64,000 nt of DNA from an uncultured Campylobacterales bacterium (lineage in GTDB: Bacteria > Campylobacterota > Campylobacteria > Campylobacterales > Arcobacteraceae), in assembly GCA_905479135.1 (NCBI GenBank), contig CAJQLJ010000043.1, positions 3,433 through 67,432 of the forward strand, read 5' to 3'. The position numbers and the translations under genes are program-made. Below are positions 57,735-64,000 of this stretch, in pieces (position 1 is the first letter of the stretch; every line of letters begins with the position of its first letter). Under the pieces are notes generated by a model. It made no database searches. It had not been told where the DNA came from and worked only from the letters and a program-made list of their open reading frames with translations.

Positions 57735-58793
57735 TTATTTAGCTGTTTTTCTTTTAGGAATTACAACTGTGTAATCTAAGTCAAGTACTACATTTTTTAA
57801 GTACTTTCCATCTTCACCTTTAGGATTAGATATTTCATCAGATTTTTGATTAGTAACAGCAACTGTTCTTAATCTTAATAATCCAATATCTTCTCTTTCA
57901 TGGTCAATTGTTTCAATAACTTCAGTATATGCATAAATAGTATCACCAGCATAAGTAGGATTAGCATGTGCTCCACTATTTATTGCATAAATCCATTGTG
58001 CATTTTGAAAACCATTAAATGATAATGCTCTTGCCATTGAAATAACAATACCACCATACATAAGTCTTTGACCCATAGGAGTACTTTTCATCATATGGTC
58101 ATTGAAGTGCACTTTTGCATTGTTTTGGTATAACTTTGTTGCTAGTGTATGATCACTATTATCAACTGTAATACCTTCTGGATGATTTAATCTCTCACCA
58201 GCTTCATAATCTTCAAAGAAGTATTTTCCCCCAGTTGAATCAGTGTTTACGCACTTGATTACTGGAAGGTTAATAAGGTCTGAAATAGCTGTAGTTTTAG
58301 CAAAAGTTGGAACTTCATTTATACCAGAAGTTGTACCTTTGTCTTTTTTATGAACCATAACCCATCTTTTGAAGTTTAGTACTTCTTTATTTTCTTGGTT
58401 TACACCAATAGAGTGTACATAAACAACTCCACTTTTTCCATTTGAGTTTTCTTTTAATCCAATTACAGAAGAAGTCATAGATACAGTATCTCCTACATAT
58501 GTAGGATTAGGAAATGAAATCTCTGCATAACCTAAGTTAGCAATTGCATTTAAAGATATATCTTGAACAGATTTACCAAATGTTAAGTGAAACATTAATG
58601 TATCATCAACTGGTCTTTTTTCATAACCCATTTCTTTTGCAACTACATCAGATGAGTTAAGTGCAAATCTAGAACCAGTAAAAGCTATGTATAAAGATAC
58701 ATCACCTTCGCTTATTGTTCTAGGTAGTGGGTGTACTATTTTTTGACCAATTGAAAAATCTTCGAAAAAGTTTCCAACGTTAATTTTAGACAA
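57735..58793 (-). CDS. Double-hotdog MaoC dehydratase, mesaconyl-C1-CoA hydratase (Mch)-like
   Basis: SK.N.GNFFEDF..GQ.I.H..PRT, FH..FGKSV.DISLNA.ANLGYA, N.A.VHF, YGG.VISMARALSFNG; TTG start. Confidence 0.85.
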   Translation of the reverse strand: MSKINVGNFFEDFSIGQKIVHPLPRTISEGDVSLYIAFTGSRFALNSSDVVAKEMGYEKRPVDDTLMFHLTFGKSVQDISLNAIANLGYAEISFPNPTYVGDTVSMTSSVIGLKENSNGKSGVVYVHSIGVNQENKEVLNFKRWVMVHKKDKGTTSGINEVPTFAKTTAISDLINLPVIKCVNTDSTGGKYFFEDYEAGERLNHPEGITVDNSDHTLATKLYQNNAKVHFNDHMMKSTPMGQRLMYGGIVISMARALSFNGFQNAQWIYAINSGAHANPTYAGDTIYAYTEVIETIDHEREDIGLLRLRTVAVTNQKSDEISNPKGEDGKYLKNVVLDLDYTVVIPKRKTAK

Positions 58794-58803
58794 TATAATC
58801 TCC

Positions 58804-61323
58804 TTATTTATTAAATAGGTTTTGACCTAATGATTTATATGTTTCATATAATGTAATCATTTTCTTAGCCCATTTAATTCTAGAACCATCAACTAACCTA
58901 TCGTTATGATAAATTACTTCTTTACCTTCTTTTTTAGCTTTTTCATATTTAGCAATCATTACTTCATAATCTTCAACTTCTGTTTGTTTAGGAGTAAAGA
59001 TATCATTGATATACTCAATTTGAATTGGATGAACTAGTGACTTACCATCGAAACCTAAGTTAAAGGCATCTTTAGTCGAATCTTCACAAGCAAACTCATC
59101 ATGAATATCAAAGTGAGGACCATCAATTACTGTTTGACCATACGCTTTTGCTGCAAGTGCAATTTGCGATAGATAGTTAAACATTGCTTTTGAACCTTTT
59201 TTAATATCAATTTGAAGTCTATTTGCAAGCTTATTAGAACCTACAACAACAACTTCAACTTTTGGACTTGCTGAACAGATTTCTTGTATATTTAAAACTG
59301 ATAATGGCGTTTCAATCATAATCATCAAAGATAAATTAGGATTAACTTCTTCAACTAGTTTAACTGCTTCATGTACTTGAGCAGCAGTTTCAATTTTTGA
59401 GAATAATAAACCATCAATTTCAATTTCAGTAGCTAATTTTAAATCTTTTGCAATATCTTCGCTTCCTAAGTTGTTAATTCTTAGAATTCTTTCAGAATCA
59501 CCAAATTTAGAACCACTTTCTTTATATACATCTTTAATAGTATCTCTAGCTAGACTTCTTTGCTCTGAAAGAATTGCTTCTAAGTCAAAAATAACTGAAT
59601 CAGCTAATACTGATTTTGCTTTTTCAACATTATTTTTATTGTAAGAAGGAATAAATAGCATAGATCTTCTAGCTTTGTATTCTTTAATTTCTTGACCACT
59701 TTCTTTTGATTGATAAATATCATGAAGATTTTTAACTAATTGTTTTCTTAAAACTTTACCATTTTTAGTTCTTGGATAATCACTCATTCCAAAAATAGTT
59801 TTAGGTGCCTTATATTTAGCTAGGTTTGCTTGTGAAAATGCTAAAACTTCTGCTTCTTGTTCTTCGCTTAATTCTTCATGTCCAATTACAGCAATTGCAA
59901 CAATTACTTTATCTTTTCCAATTTCTAAACCAAATGCAACACAATCTGCTACTAAATCATTAGTTTTTACAATTCTTTCAATTTCATGTGGTGATACTCT
60001 AAATCCAAATGTATTAATAATATCATCTTTTCTACCAATAAACCAGATATAACCATCTTCATCTTTTTTAGCGTAATCTCCTGTAAAGAAGTAACCGTTA
60101 TGCTTAGCTTTTCTAGTTTCTTCTTCTAATTGCCAATATTCTAAAAATAAACCTGGATCGTCTTCACCAATACAAATCATACCCTCAGTCCCATCTTCAA
60201 CTTCTTCAAGTGTATCTGGGTCTAATAATTTCACAGTATGTCCTGGTTGTACAAATCCTGCACTTCCTGGTCTAATTGGATTGTTTTTTGAATGTGAAAT
60301 ATAGTAAGAACACTCACTCATTCCAATTGCTTCGTAGATATCTTGTTTAAATCTATCTCTCCATAAACCAATCATTTCATCAGATAAATGTTCACCAGCA
60401 GACATACAATATCTCAAAGATGGACAATCTTCAGCTGAAAATTCTGTCTTTTGAATAATTTGTCTATAAATTGTAGGTACTCCAATAAAAATAGTACATT
60501 TATGTTTTTTAATTAATTCAATCCAAGTTCCAGCATCATTACCACCCTCATAAGCAATAACTGTATGTCCATTAAATAATGGATCCATAAGTGCTGATCC
60601 TAGTACATACGTCCAGTTAAATTTACCAGAATGCATAATTCTATCATTTTCTTTAAAGTCAAACCAGTACTCAGTAGCAGGAGTTCTTCCTACAAGTGAT
60701 CTGTGTGAATGAAGTACACCTTTTGGATAACCAGTAGTTCCTGATGTGTATACTAAATAAGCAGGTTCACCTGATTTTGATTTATAATGATTTGGAGTTT
60801 TATCTGCTGTATTTAATATTTCAGAAAATGAATAAACATTCATCCCTTTTGGAATATTTAAACCTTCAGTAGAATCAATTCCTGCAACAATAATAGTTTT
60901 TAAATTATCATGGTTTTCTAAGTAAGGTAGTAAATTATCATACATAGATGCAGATAATACTATTGCACTTGCTTGTGAATCTTCTGCTAAATATTTAACT
61001 TCTGATCCTGATAAAAGTGTTGAAGTTGGTACTGCAATAATACCAGCTTTTATACTTCCAAAAAATGAAATAGGGTAAGCTAGTGAGTTTTTTAAACATA
61101 CTAGTACTCTATCTCTTGGTTCTAATCCTAAACCTGTTAAGAAGTTACAAATTTGGTCAGATTTTTCTGCTAATTCTTTGTAAGAAATTTCATCAGTACC
61201 TAAATTATCATCTTCAATAATCATAGCGGTACTATTTTCTTTAGCTGTTCCTACATGTTTAGATGTACAAGCAACACCAATGTTTAAGTATTCTGGTACT
61301 TCAATTGTAATATTTGAACTCAT
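58804..61323 (-). CDS. Acyl-CoA synthetase fused to a C-terminal CitE-like domain
   Basis: ANL motifs YTSGTTGYPKG, YEAIGMSE, TGD, GRKDD, PRTKNGK. From ~59680 down: RRSMLFIP, DLE, RIN, MIET, GFDGK..VHP.QI. Confidence 0.9.
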   Translation of the reverse strand: MSSNITIEVPEYLNIGVACTSKHVGTAKENSTAMIIEDDNLGTDEISYKELAEKSDQICNFLTGLGLEPRDRVLVCLKNSLAYPISFFGSIKAGIIAVPTSTLLSGSEVKYLAEDSQASAIVLSASMYDNLLPYLENHDNLKTIIVAGIDSTEGLNIPKGMNVYSFSEILNTADKTPNHYKSKSGEPAYLVYTSGTTGYPKGVLHSHRSLVGRTPATEYWFDFKENDRIMHSGKFNWTYVLGSALMDPLFNGHTVIAYEGGNDAGTWIELIKKHKCTIFIGVPTIYRQIIQKTEFSAEDCPSLRYCMSAGEHLSDEMIGLWRDRFKQDIYEAIGMSECSYYISHSKNNPIRPGSAGFVQPGHTVKLLDPDTLEEVEDGTEGMICIGEDDPGLFLEYWQLEEETRKAKHNGYFFTGDYAKKDEDGYIWFIGRKDDIINTFGFRVSPHEIERIVKTNDLVADCVAFGLEIGKDKVIVAIAVIGHEELSEEQEAEVLAFSQANLAKYKAPKTIFGMSDYPRTKNGKVLRKQLVKNLHDIYQSKESGQEIKEYKARRSMLFIPSYNKNNVEKAKSVLADSVIFDLEAILSEQRSLARDTIKDVYKESGSKFGDSERILRINNLGSEDIAKDLKLATEIEIDGLLFSKIETAAQVHEAVKLVEEVNPNLSLMIMIETPLSVLNIQEICSASPKVEVVVVGSNKLANRLQIDIKKGSKAMFNYLSQIALAAKAYGQTVIDGPHFDIHDEFACEDSTKDAFNLGFDGKSLVHPIQIEYINDIFTPKQTEVEDYEVMIAKYEKAKKEGKEVIYHNDRLVDGSRIKWAKKMITLYETYKSLGQNLFNK

Positions 61324-61338
61324 TGTTATAACTCCTTA

Positions 61339-62469
61339 TTAAATTTGACCGTAAGGCCAGTTTTCTTTAAATGTATGTATTGGCATTCTATTAAGAACTG
61401 ATAATGCAAATATTTCATCTTCTTTTTCTAAACTTCTAAGTGCATAAGCTCTTAAAATATTTTGTAATGATTTACCAAACATTGGTGGATCTAACATTTC
61501 ACCTTTGTATCTAATTGCTCCACTTAATAAAGCATCTGCTTTAATAGCTTCTTTTAAAATTTCAACATCTTTAGCAATTTCTTTTGGACTTGGCGTAAAT
61601 GCAACTTTACATACATTAATGTGGTTTGGAGTAATAACTTGTTTTCCAGTTAATCCCATTGCATATTCTCTTTGTGCATGAGCATATACATGTCTAGATG
61701 CTTCATCTCCATGTAAATCTAACCATCTTCTAATATCTTTCTTTTCAACACAGTGATCTGGTAATGAATGAGGTGTTAATAGAACTTCAACTCCACCAAT
61801 AACACCTTTACCTTTAACTCTTGCTTCCATTGTTAAAATATTAAAGAATGTTTCAAGTTCATCAATCCAACCTTGAGGTGTGATTTTATAAGCCATTGCT
61901 TTAGAAAAATCGTGGATACCAAATACAACGTGTTTAACAGTTGAATGTTCCATTAGTCTATCAGCAATTTGAAGAGATTTAGGATGTTCTATAATTGGTT
62001 GAATTGTTAAATTACTTCCAATTGAAACTAACCAAGAAGATAAATCTCTAATTTCAGCAGAACCATAAACTTCTCCAGCTTTTGCTAAAACAATTGAATC
62101 TACATATTTGTGGATTTGCTTTAACATTTTTAAGTCTTCTTCATACTCATCTGTTCTAAATGGATTTATTCTCACAGCTATTTGGAAGTTTCTTTCAGGG
62201 AACTTTGGAAGTTCTTGAATTAATAATTCTCTAGACATAGCTTTTTGTCTACAACCATCTTCTAAATCAAATAATACAGTATGTGCTTTTGTTTTGTAAG
62301 CATGTTTTTGTAATCTTAATTTAGCTTGTTCCATACTTTCATATGTTCCATCAAGTGGATTGAATTTAATTGGTGGGTAATAAATTTGAATACCAGGCCA
62401 GTATCCACCAAGAACGGGTGTTAAATCATCGTTTGCTGTTAATTTAGATAAATCTATTGCAGAAGTCAT
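61339..62469 (-). CDS. CitE/malyl-CoA lyase family enzyme (divergent)
   Basis: FDLEDG, VRIN, LAK, IIEHP, FGIHDF, GLTGKQVI.P, MLDPP. Confidence 0.88.
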   Translation of the reverse strand: MTSAIDLSKLTANDDLTPVLGGYWPGIQIYYPPIKFNPLDGTYESMEQAKLRLQKHAYKTKAHTVLFDLEDGCRQKAMSRELLIQELPKFPERNFQIAVRINPFRTDEYEEDLKMLKQIHKYVDSIVLAKAGEVYGSAEIRDLSSWLVSIGSNLTIQPIIEHPKSLQIADRLMEHSTVKHVVFGIHDFSKAMAYKITPQGWIDELETFFNILTMEARVKGKGVIGGVEVLLTPHSLPDHCVEKKDIRRWLDLHGDEASRHVYAHAQREYAMGLTGKQVITPNHINVCKVAFTPSPKEIAKDVEILKEAIKADALLSGAIRYKGEMLDPPMFGKSLQNILRAYALRSLEKEDEIFALSVLNRMPIHTFKENWPYGQI

Positions 62470-62734
62470 TTTTTATCTACCTTTCTTTTGTTATTTTGTG
62501 CTTTTTAATCACTGTTTGTAATTCTATTAGTTTATAGAATAAAACTGATGTGAAAGTTATACATTATTTAAAATGAATTGTTTTTATGTAAAAAAAAATA
62601 GTGTTTTAACTTAAGCTTAGATTCAAAAAACTTCAAAAAAAGCCTTAACTTAGGGAAAGTAAACTTAAAGAAGTGGTAAAATCAAGTCAAAATGATATGA
62701 AAAGCCATGAAAAATTAAGGATAAAAAATAATAT

Positions 62735-62768
62735 AAATTTGCAAATTTGCAAATTCTTTTGCAAATTT
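62735..62768. repeat. Three copies of the palindromic octamer TTTGCAAA
   Basis: Copies at 62738-62745, 62746-62753 and 62758-62765, in the intergenic region upstream of the CitE operon. Confidence 0.8.
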
Positions 62769-62814
62769 ACACATATTTGATAAATTTCGAAGAATTTGAA
62801 AAAATTTGAACTAC

Positions 62815-63447
62815 CTATAATTCATCTAAAAAATAGAGAGTTTTAAAATGATTTTCTAAAAATGGTTTTGATACTATTTCAAAACTATCTTTATCTTTGT
62901 ACATGTTAATATAAAATTCAAAATCTATATCTCTATTTTTTAAAGCTTCAATTGAAAGTAAAGTATCATTAATGCATCCTAGTTTCGAAGGAGTTATTAA
63001 AATACATTCACTATTAAATTCTTTTATTAAATCAATAATAAATAAATCTTCTTCTAAAGGAACCAGTAGTCCTCCAGCTCCTTCAATTATTAAAATATCA
63101 CATAAAGAGGATAAATATTCTTTTTTCTCTTTTAAAAAAGATAAAGAAATTTTAGTATCTTCTTTTGCTACATAAGGAGCAGCAGGTAATTTAAATTGGT
63201 AAGGAACTACGTCATCAATAGATGCACAGAAAAGTGGATTTAATTGTTTAGTTAGTTTTAGCATTAAAGAACCATCAAGTGGTTCATCAATAACACCAGT
63301 TTCACAAGGTTTGAAATATCCAACTTTAAAACCTTGCTTTGCAAAATATTTTAAAAATTTTTCGCTTGCGTATGTTTTTCCTACATCTGTATTTGTAGCA
63401 CTTATAAAAATTGATTTATTTTTGTAGTAATGTATCTCTTTATTCAT
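62815..63447 (-). CDS. bioD: Dethiobiotin synthase
   Basis: ATNTDVGKT, KPCETG, IEGAGGL.VP, LGCIN.TLL. Confidence 0.97.
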   Translation of the reverse strand: MNKEIHYYKNKSIFISATNTDVGKTYASEKFLKYFAKQGFKVGYFKPCETGVIDEPLDGSLMLKLTKQLNPLFCASIDDVVPYQFKLPAAPYVAKEDTKISLSFLKEKKEYLSSLCDILIIEGAGGLLVPLEEDLFIIDLIKEFNSECILITPSKLGCINDTLLSIEALKNRDIDFEFYINMYKDKDSFEIVSKPFLENHFKTLYFLDEL

Positions 63448-63520
63448 ATAATTTCTTTTTTGGTATAATATTTTCTATATTAAAAATAAGAATGATATTT
63501 TATCATAAAAAAGGTTTTAA

Positions 63521-63820
63521 GTGAGTAATGAGATTGAAATAGAATTAGATGATGATTTAGATTTACAAGAGCCAAAAAAATATAAAGTTTTTTTATTAAA
63601 CGACGATTATTCAACAATGGATTTTGTTATTGATATATTAGTAAAAGTATTTAGAAAAAGTGTAGATGAATCAGCAGACATTATGTTAAATATACATAAT
63701 AATGGAAGAGAAGTATGCGGCGTGTATACACATGAAATAGCAGCAACAAAAGTAAACCAAGTTAAAACATTAGCTAGAGAAAAAGGCTTTCCTTTAAAAG
63801 CTGTAATGGAAGAAGAATAA
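63521..63820 (+). CDS. clpS: ClpS adaptor protein
   Basis: YKVFLLNDDYSTMDFV, IH..G...CGVY..EIA.TK, FPL; GTG start. Confidence 0.97.
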   Translation: MSNEIEIELDDDLDLQEPKKYKVFLLNDDYSTMDFVIDILVKVFRKSVDESADIMLNIHNNGREVCGVYTHEIAATKVNQVKTLAREKGFPLKAVMEEE

Positions 63821-63821
63821 A

Positions 63822-64000
63822 ATGATAAGTAAAGAATTAAGAAGTATTTTTTCACAAGCAGTTGCTTATGCAAAGAGTAGTAAACATGAATATTTAACAA
63901 TAGAACATGTTTTTTTGATGTTACTACATGACGAATCTATAGAAAACTTATTTATAGATCTAGGCGTTGATTCAAATAAATTGTTTGAAGACACAAAAAA
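63822..64000 (+). CDS. clpA: ClpA ATPase N-terminus (3'-truncated by window edge)
   Basis: Manual translation MISKELRSIFSQAVAYAKSSKHEYLTIEHVFLMLL; directly after clpS. Confidence 0.93.
   Translation, partial: MISKELRSIFSQAVAYAKSSKHEYLTIEHVFLMLLHDESIENLFIDLGVDSNKLFEDTK

Noticed and set aside
23579-63900. Shadow ORFs over sox genes, ffh, batD, fumarase, the CitE gene, bioD and clpS
   Set aside because: They overlap confident genes on the opposite strand or in another frame and have no independent support.

Overview
AT-rich bacterial chromosome segment, almost certainly Campylobacterota and most likely Arcobacteraceae. This is inferred from gene order, unfused rpoB/rpoC and protein similarity. 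In order, the window holds: (1) the tuf(partial)-rpmG-tRNA-Trp-secE-nusG-rplKAJL-rpoBC cluster; (2) six small accessory genes between rpoC and rpsL-rpsG-fusA; (3) nadK-recN; (4) a complete Sox thiosulfate-oxidation cluster (soxCDXYZA-lipoprotein-rhodanese-soxB) with accessory genes: cytochrome c-thioredoxin fusion, MOSC, DsrE, rhodanese-SoxH fusion, hydrolase, HD-GYP-like and a second rhodanese; (5) the conserved U32-purE-glyQ-...-waaA-ffh-rpsP-khpA-rimM block, which here lacks trmD-rplS; (6) a degenerate CheZ-like gene, BatD, an adaptor protein, a molybdoenzyme and an MFS transporter; (7) a minus-strand carbon-metabolism region; (8) bioD, clpS and the start of clpA. The best candidate for an undescribed system is the four-gene operon at 56703-62469. 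It encodes two intact CitE/malyl-CoA-lyase-family enzymes, a mesaconyl-CoA-hydratase-like protein, and an acyl-CoA ligase fused to an apparently catalytically degenerate CitE domain. A class I fumarase (potential mesaconase) and an FAH-like DUF5718 protein lie downstream. The operon may encode a citramalate/mesaconate-type route for C2/C3/C5 assimilation. No CRISPR array, rRNA or transposase was seen. All functional calls come from motif recognition by eye; no database searches were run.
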